From contig NC_068981.1 in NCBI RefSeq assembly GCF_001194135.2, positions 191,049,222-191,113,221 on the forward strand: a DNA stretch of 64,000 bases, read 5' to 3'. Positions 26,574 to 39,865 of the stretch are shown here, one piece after another. Under the pieces are notes generated by a model, which saw nothing but the letters and a program-made list of their open reading frames with translations, was not told the origin of the DNA and did not search any database. Position 1 is the first letter of the stretch. Each line of letters opens with the position of its first letter. Origin of the DNA: Octopus bimaculoides (taxonomy: Eukaryota). Made by a program: the position numbers and the translations under genes.

Positions 26574-27004
26574 CAACATACAGCAGTGTAACACTAGTGT
26601 ATTTGTTTTTAGAATGCTCAAACTCTACCAACAACCAGACTATCATGCTAACTTTCAATATTTCAAAAATGTTTGTCTCAAACAACCATGTTTCAAGATC
26701 CTAATTTCCATAGTTGTGTGTGTGTTAGTGTTAGTGTCTCTGTGTCTTGACATCACAGGAAGGTTGTAAAACAAGCTTCAGTATCATAAAATGGGTGTCC
26801 TTCATTTCCAATTTTCCATGAAAGCATATTCTGGCCATGGAAATATTATTTTGCTTGGAAACAGGTAGAGATTAGGGACAGGAAGGGCATCCAAATTCAG
26901 AAAAACTGTCTCAATGAAATCCTTCTGCTCCATATGAGCAGAGAAAAGTAGATGTTAAAATGACGACGGTGATGATGACATACATCAATTCAGTTCTTAG
27001 GTAG

Positions 27005-27400
27005 AATTAGTATGACACAACTGTTAGAATGCTGGATATTGGAATTACATCTACAGCCCTTCCGATGGGCTATCTGTACAGTTTCTATCAACCCAGCATC
27101 ACTCACAAGTCTCAGATCAATTCTATGGTAGAGATTCTTGCCCAAGATGCCAAGCAATGAAATCAGACTTTCATATCTCAGTTGCAATGCAAACTTGGCC
27201 AAACCTTTATCTAACCCAATAAACCATTTATAAACCTCTTCAAATAACATTGGGTGTATACAACTATGTCTTCAAGCACCAGCAGTGTATAGAACTTTAT
27301 ATACATATGTCCCCAAATTCATAGAGTAATTTATTTTGAAACAGAGTGGATTTCGTTTTATCAGGAAAGAGGTTTCGGGGCCATGACATTTATAGATCTT
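27005..27400 (+). mobile_element. Decayed AP-endonuclease segment of an RTE-type LINE
   Basis: Across frameshifts: CNANL (D-x-NA motif region), LGVYNYVFKH, HMSPN, NRVDFVLSGKRFR, matching the NT.F.H...W.SP...IDYIL..KR order of LINE APE domains. Confidence 0.55.
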
Positions 27401-28565
27401 ATTAATGATGGCAGTGTTTATTTTTAGTAAGCCTTGGACTTAGATAAGACGACATCACAGCAGCATTCATAAGAACATGTAAAACTAAATTAACACAATT
27501 AATGAAATGTCAAGTTACTTTGGTTGCAATATTTTAATATCATCTCAGAGCAGCTCCTTTAAGGCCTTCCATAATAGAATTCACATGATAATGTTTCCAT
27601 AACAAGATTTGGCAGTTGGTATATGAGAAACATTATCTAACACACCGTAGAGCATATGAATTAATTCATTCTGTATATAAATAGTCTTGCTTGAAAACAG
27701 ATTTGGCATTATAACATCAAAGTTGATTAAGACCAAATTGCATTAAAACCATGATCTTATGGTATTTAGACTCCAGGGTTTTGGGGGGTTTTTTCTAGAG
27801 TTATTATAGAGCAAAGCTCTATATAATGTATTCTTGTAGAAAATTAACACTGCTAATATTCCATTGAGACTAACTTAGCTGAAGAGAAAGTGAGGCAGTG
27901 AGATGATTTGAAAAGTCAGAGAATATTCAGGTATCCCATTCTTATTTCTTAACTTCTTACATAAGAAATTACTAATTGAAATCATCATCATTAACATCAT
28001 CATCACCATCTTCATTTAATGTCCACTTCTCTTTGCTTGCATGGGTCACACAGAATTTATTGTGGCAGGTTTTCTATTACTGGATGCTCTTCCTTTCAAT
28101 ATTATCGGCTGTTCCCAAACAAGTTGGCTAGCCATGTTTTTCATGGAAGATTGGAAATGAACCACCTTGTAAGGTAATGATACACCTTTACAATGATCAC
28201 ATGGCATCAAGACAAGAGTAATATACACACACTCACATACCAAGGTACTATATAGGTTACATATAGCATGCCATCATACCCTAACACTGTGTGAACTGAG
28301 ACTTCTATTGACAGGCCCCTGATATTTAAAAATAAAGTGTTAATACTTATACAAATTAGTTTCCCCAGTTTTCTGTAGCTACTGTAATCGTTGAGTATAT
28401 AAACAGATTGGCTGCTTGCTTTTATGGGGTTGGAGAAATTGATGTAGACACCTCTGATGAGAATCTAATAAAATTCAAAAAGTGATTAAAGTAGTTCATC
28501 ATTTTTTCAATCTTCCAGAAACAGCTAAATCAGCCATTTCTAAAGGTACTATATATATAAGTTAT

Positions 28566-28598
<33 letters not shown>

Positions 28599-29059
28599 CA
28601 ACAGGCTTCTTTCAATTTCCATCTACCAAATTCTCTTAGCCAGCTTTGGTCAGCGGGGGGCTATGCAGTAAGACCGAACCTGAGGTCATATGGTTGGGAA
28701 GCAAGCATCATAACCACACAGTCAAGCCCTCACTGTAGGAAAGCTTTTAGTTAATAAAAATCTCTATCTCCACCTGAATATGTGCAGATATTCAGGTAGT
28801 TAATCATCCTTGATCATCTGAAAAATTATCTGTAAAAAAATTCAAGTGGTTCTCCTTTAGCTGTACAGTAACTTTACAAATGATCAGAGGGGTACAAATA
28901 TCCTTCATCTGGTATATCATATTCCTCTTCATTGTTTCCTGTAGTATTTTGAAATATAATCAATTTGTTTATTTCTGCTTCTCTTTCACTTGCATAGGCA
29001 GAAGGCAACTCCACTAAAGGTACCCAATACATTAGATAAAGTGGGTAGTGGATCAAGTG

Positions 29060-29620
29060 GAAACAATGCAAATCGCCACCAAGGCAACACTAACCTCCTC
29101 TCAACAATTAGTTGGAGATGATGTTTAAAATGGGAATATCTGAAATAAACTTGACTGCTCTCACAAATGAGAATACTAAAAATTAACCTGATTGCTTTAA
29201 AAAATTAAGTAAAAAAAAGACGGAAAAATAATCCAGAATCCTTGTCCGGTACCTGATCGATCCCAATGGTAGTCATGGAATGTGAAGGTGGCTGTAGTAA
29301 CAGTAATGAATAGTTTATCCTTCTCTAATACAAGCCAAAGTTAAATTCACCATTTAAAATAGTTACAGCCTAAGGCGAGATAATTGGGAAAGACTTGAAA
29401 GTTAGCATAAGATCGTAATCATGTAAAGTAAATATAACAAATAATCCAGAATCCTCGTCCGGTACTGGATCAATCCCAAAATCTAATCAGTTCGTGCCAG
29501 TCATCCCTGAAAGTTTCATCTGAATCCATCCAGTGGTTCTTGAGATATCTTGTCCACGGACAAACAAACAAATGCAACTGGAAACAATACCCCCGCCTTT
29601 GCTAAGGCAGAGGTAATAAA
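29060..29620 (-). mobile_element. Helentron/DINE-1-type non-autonomous rolling-circle-like element
   Basis: Reverse strand starts TTATTACCTCTGCCTTAGCAAAGGCGGGGG (hairpin), has (GTTT)n, TGATTAGATTTTGGGATTGATCC and a 3' GCCTTGGTGGCG. An internal block TAATCCAGAATCCT.GTCCGGTAC occurs twice (about 29230 and 29443). Confidence 0.55.
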
Positions 29621-30261
29621 TCAACACTTTCTTTTTTTTGCTATAAAACCTATTTTGTTTAAGAACCATTTCAGTTTGATTCAACCATTATACCAACTTA
29701 GTGAATATTCTTCCTTGTTTTAAAAGTTATTCATTTTTACGTTATTCTTGTTGCTGCCTTATTTTGTTTTTAATCAAAAGTTTCTACGAATGGAATTTAA
29801 GATTTATTCTAATGCAATTTAGTTTTGGCTCAGGCAATTGATCAGAAATAGACTTCAGGTTATTCATTAACTGTTGAAATACTTTGCCAACAAATCTTCA
29901 TTAGAAACCAGGACCTTGAACCCGAGATTAATGCAATCTAGAAGCTTACTTAACAGTGATTTAGAGTTACAAGGTTTAATTTTGATTTGGGTGACGGAGG
30001 GCATATTGCAATGAGAAATGATTAAAATGTTCCATTATATTGGTAAATTGGATTCCTCGCATTTAGTTACGTGTTTCTAAATGTTCTAATGACTGATCTA
30101 AAAAACATTTTTATACTCTTAAATTTAGGTTTATTGCTGATCATATTTTCATAGATTTCCTCTTGAAATCTCAAATCTATGAAAAATTAATAGCGAAATA
30201 AGCATTTCAATTAATAATGACTTATTGATGTGTATAATGGATAAATAAAATTATCTTTTAT

Positions 30262-30552
30262 CTTTTACTTATTTCAGTCATTAGACAGCAGTGATTCAAA
30301 TAAATCAACTTCCCAAATACTTTTTCTATTTTTAAGCCAGGTACAAACTGCAAAGTTACATGAAATGTAAACACACACACACTCATGTATATACATGATG
30401 GGCTTCTTTCAGTTTCCAAATCCATTCACAAAACTTTGGTCAACCCAAGGCTATAATAGAAGACACTTGCCCAAAGTGCATGCAGTAGGTCTGAACCCAG
30501 TACCATGTGGTTGGTAAGCAAACTTTTTACCCCACACCCCATGCTTGCACCT
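30262..30552 (-). mobile_element. SINE family B, internally deleted
   Basis: Head and 3' motifs present. Confidence 0.75.
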
Positions 30553-31029
30553 GCATGAAAGTTGACCTTGAAGGGATTTGAACTCTAAGCACAAATAGTT
30601 GTGATGCTATGAGGAGGTATTAATGCTTTAATGACCAAATCATTGTCTCTATTTTAACATCCATCTTTGCCTGGATCAGAGGGAATACACTGAGGCAGAT
30701 TTTTTATGGTCTGATGACTTTCCTATCACCAATTCACTGTTTCCAAGTAAGGTCATATTTATTCCTTGCCAGACATGTCCCCATGGAAGATTAGAAATGA
30801 AACATACTGCTTGTATGATGGTGACATTTATTTACAATTATCATGCCATGTCAAGATAAGGAGACACACAACACACAGAATGGGTTTCATGTGTGTGTAT
30901 GTGTATATATATGAAATATATAGAAATGGTGTACTCCGAATGAAGAAGGTGATGTAATCCAATGGTAGAAAGACTTCCACAAATTAGGGACTCCAAAGCC
31001 ATTCAGAAGGACAGGGCTCCATGTGAGCA

Positions 31030-31375
31030 TGTGGTAAATAGTTAACTAAAAAAAAAAACGAGAAAAGAAAGACAAGAAAAATACAATACGAGGATGTAGT
31101 ACATGCAAAGTATTAACGAGACACTCAGAGAAGGAAAGAAAGAGTGGTTTTTTTTGTTTTGAGCTAAACTTTTCTTTGGAAAAGAAGGAAAAAAGGAAGG
31201 AGGAGGAAAAAAATCACCAATAATTCATGTGTAGCTACATGGAAAGTTAAAAGAAAATAACCACCCTTTCTTTCCTTCTCTGGGCATCTTTATAATACTT
31301 TGCATGTACTATGTCCTTGCATTGTTGGTTTTTTGTTGTCTTTTTTCTGTTTTTTTAATTAACTATATATATATT
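31030..31375. mobile_element. P2 element as a head-to-head fold-back
   Basis: Minus arm about 31037-31245 and partial plus arm about 31258-31375 share CTTTCTTTCCTTCTCTG.G..TCT...AATACTTTGCATGTACTA. Confidence 0.7.
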
Positions 31376-31392
31376 ATATACATATATATATA

Positions 31393-31860
31393 TCATCATT
31401 TAATGTCTGTTGTCCATGCTGGCATGGGTTGGACAATTTGACCAGGGCTGGCAAGTTGGAAGGCTGTACCAGACTCCAGTCTGATTCAGCATGATTTTCT
31501 ATGGCTAGAGGCCCTTCCTAACACCAATCACTCTGAGAGTGTAATGGGTGCTTTTATGTGACACTGGCACGAGTGCCATTTGCGTGGCACCAGTATCTGC
31601 CACAACTGCAATTTTACTTGGCTTGATGGGTCTTCTTCTCAAGCATGACATAATGCCAAGGTCTCGGTCATTCATCATTGCCGCCATGAGGCCCAACACT
31701 TGAAAGGAGCTTTTCACATGCCACTGGCATCAGCCACTGGCATCAGCCACTGGCATCAGCCACTTCCCCTCCGTGAGGCCCAATGCTCAAAAAGGTGCTT
31801 TTTACATGCCAGTTACATGACATCAGCATTGGCCATGGCTACGATTTCACTTACATACAA
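31393..31860 (-). mobile_element. RTE LINE 3' end (family C with decayed ORF2 tail)
   Basis: Reverse translation VLGLMAAMMNDRDL resembles the 34.1 kb ORF2 C-terminus; (CAT)n at the left end. Confidence 0.75.
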
Positions 31861-32419
31861 CAGGCTTTTATCACTTTCCGTCAACCAAATCCACTCTGAA
31901 AGCTTTGGTCAAACCAGAGCTATAGTAGAAGACACCCAATGTGCCATGTGTTTGGGAAGTAAATTCTCAACCACGCAGCCACATCTACACATATTAAATT
32001 AAAGCTGAATCATATTTCCGTAACATGGCATGATTTAAGATTGCAGGTGATGTGTGTGTGTGTTGCAATTTGCAATTGAATGAGTTTAATCATAATCTAA
32101 AATTTATGTGATTTGTTTCATGTCTTCCCCATTACTGCACTCTCTGTTAATTGATAAGAAATTCCTAATTAACCAGACATTTTAGTAAAAGCCATCCTCA
32201 TGTTGATAGTTAAAATATTCCAATGGCTTGTGTAGCATAAAATTTATCAGACTTTCAGAGAGACATTACGATGAATCTGTTTTTAAATTTTAACATAAAA
32301 GTTCTCTTTGAGAGATTTTTACTATCAATGTTTTTTTGTTTTTTTTTAATTTCATGCTTTTGGGGAGTAAAAAAACATTATTTACTTTCAGTACTTAGTC
32401 GTGATCTTGGTTGGCTTGT

Positions 32420-32635
32420 ATATTGGACAGTGAAATGTCCACAATCATCCCAGCTTCAAGCATAGTCCCCTGCATCTTTGCAGGTGGTGCTAAGTTGCTT
32501 CAAATCTTCTCTGAAGGTGGTTGTGTCCTTATTGGATCTTCCTGTCTACTTTTGTCTTTCTGGTGGTATCCATTGTATAGCTTGGGGATTTGTTCTTCTG
32601 ACAGTTGGAAGACATGACCTGCAAGTCTTGATCCA
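32420..32635 (-). mobile_element. RTE LINE ORF2 C-terminal fragment
   Basis: RLAGHVFQLSEEQIPK...IQWIPP...FREDLKQ, matching the RW.GHV.R...W.P...R..GRP...DL pattern. Confidence 0.7.
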
Positions 32636-32786
32636 CAATCTCCTAGCAGATCAATACAATGCCAATGATACCGTGCTCCTGGCAGAGTCATGCTCAGTAC
32701 TCCAGCAAATGATGATCAGATTGGCTGAAGAGGAAGCAAAGGTAGGCCTAAAGACCAGCTCTGAGAAAATCAAGGTGATATAGGCC
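32636..32786 (+). mobile_element. Inverted RT fragment of the same LINE
   Basis: LADQYNANDTVLLAESCSVLQQMMIRLAEEEAKVGLKTSSEKIKV resembles the YADD-motif region plus GL.IS.EKTKV. Confidence 0.75.
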
Positions 32787-33780
32787 AGTGAGTAAGGTGA
32801 AACACAAATATTTGTGAATCAAGAACTCATTGGATTAGTAACGATGCTACAACATTAATTATAAAGATTTACCATCCTCTTAGAAGATCTTGGCAACTTG
32901 GTATTTTTAATAACCTTCTCCGTGTTTTTTCTTTCTTCACTTTTGCATCCGTTTCTCTATGTTGGAAGTATCTTACAGCCATATTAACCTATTTGTGCTC
33001 ACAACATGCAAAGCTACCTACCACACGTGTTTGTGGTTGACATAAACATGGTATCATTGTTTTGCTCAAGCTGTGTCATGCAAACCTATGTAGAATGTAA
33101 ACACATACATATTATATACACACGTGTATGTCTTGCTCTTTTGTAATTAATTAATTAAATTTTTGCTCTGCACTGCTGTTGTGGTTTAGATGAGAGGATA
33201 ACTGAAAGTTCACATTAGCTCAGTCAGGTCTTATGGATACCAAACCTACATATATTAAGCTGTAGCAACTGCTTATTAACCCCACTGAATAAAAAGGCAA
33301 ATGGGGGTTAAATAGATAAAGCTGAATACTGTAAGTCATTTGGATCTACACTGTTGTGCAGCAATTCGGGCAAATGTCTTCTTCTGTAACTGCTGCCAAA
33401 TTCTGTTCAGCAATGTCTTCAGAGTGGAATTTAGTAGGCAGAAACTATGCAGCTGTCCACTGTGTGTATATAAGTATCTATATATCACCATCATCGTCAT
33501 CATCATTCAACATCTGTTTTCCATATTGGTGTGGGTTGGACAATTCCACAGGAACTGGAAAGCCAGGAGACTGCACCATTCCCTGCTGTCTCCTTTGGTT
33601 TGGCATGGTTTCTATGACTGGATGCCCTTCCTAAGATATATATATGTGTATATAGGTATAGAAATAGCTGTGTGGTTAAGTAGTTCGGTTCCCAACCGCA
33701 TGGTTTGAGTTTAGTCCCACCGTGTGGTACCTCAGGCAAGTGGATTTAGTAGATGGAAACTGAGAGAAGACTTTCATATA

Positions 33781-33833
<53 letters not shown>

Positions 33834-34106
33834 GTGTCTTTATCTTGACATCACATTACAGTTGCAAGCAGTGCCATTCATTTCTGTAAAACCATGTCTA
33901 GTGTAATGACCTTATTTGGACACAAGTTAGTGTTGGGAACAGGAAATGCATCCTGTCATAGAAAATCTGCTTCAATGAATTCTGCCTGAACTATGCATGG
34001 AAAACTCAATTTTAAGATGACGAGGAGTGGCGGATGCATATGTGTGTGTGTTTGTTTACCAGATAAAAACCAGTGTTGGTGCCCCTCTGTATCAAATATA
34101 TAATTT

Positions 34107-34533
34107 AGACAATCAATGAATAGAAAAAGTGCCACACCCTAACAGTTGAGGGAACCCGTGGAAGAGGTAGGCCCAGGAAGACCTGGGCTGAGGTGGTGAG
34201 GCAAGACCTTCGTACATTGGGCCTCACCGAGGCGATGACTACGGACCGAGACCTTTGGAAATGGGCTGTGCGTGAGAAGACCCGGCAAGCCAAGTAAGAT
34301 CGTTGCCAGTGCCCCTGGACTGGTTCTTGTGNNNNNNNNNNTGCGGGTGACACGTAAAAGCACCCACTACACTCTCTGAGTGGTTGGCGTTAGGAAGGGC
34401 ATCCAGCTGTAGAAACTCTGCCAAATCAGACTGGAGCCTGGTGTTGCCATCCGGTTTCACCAGTCCTCAGTCAAATCGTCCAACCCATGCTAGCATGGAA
34501 AGCGGACGTTAAACGATGATGATGATGATGATG
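34107..34533 (+). mobile_element. Young 5'-truncated RTE LINE (last about 57 codons of ORF2, 3' UTR, (GAT)n)
   Basis: Uninterrupted KKCHTLTVEGTRGRGRPRKTWAEVVRQDLRTLGLTEAMTTDRDLWKWAVREKTRQAK*, CpG-rich, followed by the family C sequence. Confidence 0.9.
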
Positions 34534-35265
34534 AAAATAAACAGACTGTACAAAAACTGGGGTGTGACAGAAAGCAATAAAAATATCAAAAATATTTTCT
34601 CTTTTATGATGAATTTCTTGTAGCAAGTCTGAAAATATTTTTATTCCAGTTCTTTTTAGTAGTTTGCAATTTTCTCTCTTGCAATAAACATCCATCTTCA
34701 TTCGAATCTATGTTATGTTCATCTTATTCTTCACTACACCTTAATCCTAACATGATTCTGCCACTAAAATCCTCTGTTCAACAGTCTGCCAATTCAACAA
34801 AAAGAGAACTCCAAACTGATTCCGATACAAATAATCTATTAAATGTCTTTCTCTTGTTGTTGTTGTTAACAGTTTGATAGAAAGGAAGCCTTACAAAGGA
34901 TTCTCTGCAATAAAAACTGAGTCAACTATATAGAAGTTTCCAGAAGCACTGAACTAACATTTTGTTTTGAATGAATCATGCATTATCTCATATCTTCACG
35001 ATTTCATTCTTCTGATTGTTTACTTTTAGAATGACATTGCAGGGTGGATGTGAGAGGCCAAATCTGGCTGGTTTGAACATTAAACAAGTAGAATATTTGG
35101 GCATTATGTAGCTGGTTTAAATGCTAAAAGGGTTAAACAATTTATATTCTATTTTTTTGTTTTACAAAATATGCAATTTTGATATTCTGAATATATATCT
35201 CATATAAACATCTACCTTATGCAGTTTCATCACAGTAATGACGACAAGGTTAAAGAGTATCAGAT

Positions 35266-35282
35266 AATAATAATAATAATAA

Positions 35283-35345
<63 letters not shown>

Positions 35346-35360
35346 GATGATAATAATAAT
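35266..35360. repeat. (TAA/TGA)n microsatellite
   Basis: Direct reading. Confidence 0.95.
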
Positions 35361-36289
35361 AGCAGAAAAGAATTAACTTCAATGAAAATTCTCGTATGTT
35401 TTTATTTGCAATTCAATATTATTGTATATTGATTCCAAAGAAATTATTTCCATCAAAAGCATACAGAAATGCTGAAAAAGTTAAAAACAACATTCCTGAT
35501 ATTTGATATTATTGATTATGAAGTACCATCACCTTTAATGTTGCACGGTTATTCTGCTCTCTAAATTATATTAATGCAGTATATATATTTTCCTTTTTTT
35601 ACCAACATTTATACTTTATACATCCGCATTAGAAAATGATATCAGTTTGATGTAAAGTTTCATATTAATATAATTTCCTTCAACTTTGCGATGTATATGT
35701 ACATTTAAATTTATGCAAATGTTGGCAATTAGCATAAGGTATAGTAATGGCTCAAAAATACTTAGTCCCTTTGTGGAACTATTTAATAACAAGGAATACT
35801 CACTTGCTGTGATTATTGTTTAACCCAAAGTGAACACTAACTGAGCTGGTCGAAGATATGGCCAGAGGCCTTCCAGCCATGACCAGCTGATCTACTAACC
35901 CAAAACTGACTGCTGTCTGCTAAATACTTCTTTATGCAAGATGAAAGGATGAGAGTTGAAGGAGATTTGGCTGCTATTTCTAGCAGACTGAAAGACCACA
36001 TAGATGGTCTCTCGTTAGCTCAATATCACACCTTTGTAGTTTCTATGACTGTTAATTAGCAAAATGCCATACTTAACCTCTGTAACTGCATCTAGTTTAC
36101 ATTTTATTTTTATCTTGCAAACAAACATAATTTTCAAATAATTCAAAGATATTGATTTCTTTTTTTTTTTTATCCAACCATTCCATCACACTACAGCCAT
36201 ATATTTTATAACTTAAACTATGTCATTCAAATTTCTATCTTGTGACAACCATGTTATTTTTAATGGTAGTTTTATTATATGAATTTCAT

Positions 36290-36485
36290 ATATACCACCA
36301 TGCATATATAAATATATATATATATTCATATATACAACCATACATATATATATATATTCATATATACCACCATATATATATATATATATATAACAATATA
36401 TTATAAATTAACTACCAACAAAAATAATTGGTAAGCTATATATATATATACCACCATACATATATTTATATATACATATATATAT
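36290..36485. repeat. Imperfect TATATACCACCAT-based tandem repeat
   Basis: About four TATATAC(C/A)ACCAT units separated by (AT)n. Confidence 0.8.
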
Positions 36486-36486
36486 C

Positions 36487-36690
36487 TTTGTGGCACTCCG
36501 TTGGTTATGACAACAAGGGTTCCATTTGATCCAATCAATGGAACAGCCTGCTCATAAAATTAACATGCAAGTGGCTGAGTACTCCATAGACACATGTACC
36601 CTTAACATAGTTCTCGTGGAGATTCAGCATGACACAGAGTGTGACAAGGCTGGCCCCGTTGAAATACAGGTACAACAGAAACAGGAAGAG
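36487..36690 (+). mobile_element. SINE family D 3' part (possibly Ceph-SINE-like)
   Basis: GATCCAATCAATGGAACAGCCTGCTC...GTGGCTGAGTACTCCATAGACACATGTACCC; family assignment from recall only. Confidence 0.45.
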
Positions 36691-36910
36691 CCTCGTGAAG
36701 CTTTAGGTGTTCTTGCTCAATAAATTCTATGCCCAGATGCCCTTCCTACCACTGACCCTCACCTATTTCCAAATAAGGTAATATTCCCTGTCCCATGACC
36801 CAACTTGTTTTCCACACAAAAAAAACTGTTAAGAACATCGCTTGTATGATTGTAATGCTCATTTACAACCATCACATGATGTTAAGACAATGTTATACAT
36901 ATATGCACAA

Positions 36911-36948
<38 letters not shown>

Positions 36949-39865
36949 CTATATATATATATATATATATATATGATGGGCTTCTTTCAATTTCCATCAA
37001 CCAAATCCATTCACAAGGCATAGGTTGACTCGGGGATATATAAGACACTTGTCCAAGGCATTGCACAGTGGGACTGAATCCAAGAGCACATGACTGCAAA
37101 AACAAGTTTCTTACTCAGCCTCAACCACATCTGTGCCTTTCTCACAGCTAATTAACATGTAATATCTCATTATCAAAATCGTAAGACCGAATTGTTAACC
37201 TGTCAGGCAAACTGCTTAGTGGCATTTTGTCCTTCTTTATGTTCTGAATTCAAATTCTATTGAAGTCAATTTTGCCTTTCATCTCCTGAAGGTGAATAAG
37301 ATAAGGACTGGGGCTGATGTTTTTGTCTTACCCCCTCCCCCAAACTTGCTGGCCTTGTGCCAGAATTTGAAACTAATATTTCATCATCAACATTTCTTAA
37401 TTTTTTTTTTTTTTTTGTATTTAATCTTGCCATTTCTTACCTCAAAATTTCTTTACAAAATTGTTATGTCCAGAGAACTTTCCATCTTTGTGTTACCTCG
37501 TAACTCATGTTGACATGTCTCAGCAAGGGAGCTGATACAGGGTTGCACAGTCTGTTTGAAACAGTAGTGAAATCTCCTTCAGATCACACCCCACCTGCTT
37601 ACAAAACAAGAGAAAGAAAGAAAGAAAGAAAGAGAGAGATATAGAAAGGATGGTCACTGCTAGGATGTGTTTGATCATTGGTATGGTCAGGGCTGACCTG
37701 AGACCAAGCAGCAATAACAACAAACTACTGAAGATCTTACACATCTATTAAATATTACTTTATCCTTCTTCCTCTGCCTTTATTACTATTATATCTTGCA
37801 GATATATCAACTATATCCCTTTCATATTCATAGAATCTCTTTATTGCCAGACTAAATCTTCTCATAATCAATAAAGCCATTTTTTTAGTGATAGCATTAA
37901 ATTCCCACCCAAGTCTATCATATTTCCTAGGTAACAGAATTTATCTACTTTTTTTTTTTTACTTTTTCGCAGTATTTGGTGGGCACTCTGGAAATATAAA
38001 TAAAAATTTATTGTTGCCATTCTTAACAAAATGAAAGATTTAATATGAAACAGAAATAAATCACACATTTAGTATGATATAAACGCTTAACTGTTAGGAA
38101 TATCTGCAGTAATTTCTCTCTCGTGATGAATCCATTTACGAAAGAGGGTTTCTGGGATTCTGCAATCAATAGCTTTTATTGATGTTTCTAATTCTTTTTA
38201 TTCTACCAGCCAGAACTATACAATGGACTAACCTACAAACTCATTAGAATATGAGCAAATAATATTCCTATTATTTCTTTATCACACACCAAACACAATA
38301 CACTAAGCTATAAGTGAACAATGGTTCTGTTATAGCTTCTGTTATTGCTTCCACAACTTCTTTTCCTTTCCAGTAGTTAAGCACCCAATTGTATGTTAAT
38401 CTAATTCGTATTACCACGCTTACATCTAGTTTTGTTTAAGATGCTGGTACATCATGTATAACTTTCTGTTGGTGGATTTGAACTCTGCCCTGCAATCCAC
38501 CAATCAGTTGTTAATTCTTCAGTGTTGCTGTTCTCATTTGAGTAATCTATTTAAAAATTTATGGATATTTGTTTTGGCCAGGCGAAGGACAATACAGTGA
38601 CAATGATAGTAACAAGGTGTGGGCCACAGACTCGTTGATTTGCTTACCCTCCTCCTTATCATCATCATCACGATCATTTAACATGCATTTTCCATACCGG
38701 CATGGGTTGGATTGTTTGGCAGGATCTGATGAGCCAGAGGACTGTGATATGCTCCACTCATTGCTTTGGTATGGCCTCTACCTCTTTCAGTACCATGCCT
38801 CTCTCTTCATCAAGGAGTCTTGTCTTGTGAGTCACATGGTGAACTCAATAGTGCCAGTGATACAAAAATATCCTATAAAGTGATTGGGGTTAGGGTTAGG
38901 TGTAGAAAACATCTTAAAACAGACATTGGAGCTCAACACAGCCCTCTGAGCTGTCAGATCCTGTCAAACTGTCCATCCCATATCGTCATAGAACATGGAC
39001 ACTAAATTATCATTATTATTATTATTATGATCTCCAGTCATAATATTGGTGTTAGATATTGCACAACTATCATAATATCTGTATATTGTGTATATTATGC
39101 TATCCCTCTATCCAGTTCCAAAACCTATTTATTCCAGTACTTTTCAGGTGATCTTTAAATACAAACAAAACTCATCACTAAAGTAGAATTTTACTGCTTT
39201 TGGACATGAGAAACAGCTTCTCGGGGAAAAACATTGAATAAAAGAAATAATGGAAACACTGAAGCAGCAAATGTATAAATATTTATAGAGTAATTTACGG
39301 AATTATATTCTCTTATTTCAATATCCAGTTACCCTTTATAGCTATGTTTATATTTCTTTGATATAAGAAACGGAATGAACACAGTTCTAATTTCATTGTT
39401 GCGATTCATTTTTGAATCATAAACTATCAGCTTTCATCAATAGAATAATAATTTAATTGTTTATGGTGTTGCTTTTTACCTTTGTTCTTTTATAATTGTA
39501 AACCTCCAAACTGATGATTGAGTGTCATGAAATGTACAGTTTACCTGATTTCACTCTATAAATAGTTATGTAATTTGAAGGTTTTTATAGAAACACCCAA
39601 CGAACTGGCTTCATTGTCCACACTTAACACCATCTAACTGCTTTTCATCTTGACCTCTATTTATTTTCTGAATGTATATTTTACATAATATAAATCATTT
39701 ACGCTCTATCTCACTTTTTTCCCCCTATCAATTATTCAGATAATATTTTTCTGATACAATATCTTTATAACCATGCCATCAGAATAAGAGAATTTTGAAA
39801 CTCCTGCTTATCATTATTATATTTTTTTATTGCTGTTGTTATTTATTATTATTATCACTATTATT

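Noticed and set aside
26990-27330. Minus-strand ORF extendable through an in-frame TGA (selenoprotein idea)
   Set aside because: It is antisense to a decayed LINE AP-endonuclease on the + strand; no SECIS evidence.
28998-29121. Strong acceptor with QKATPLKVPNTLDK... reading, and the overlapping - strand 65-aa ORF
   Set aside because: The 3' half overlaps the Helentron-like element end and the start shares a motif with 49.9 kb; cannot support as coding.
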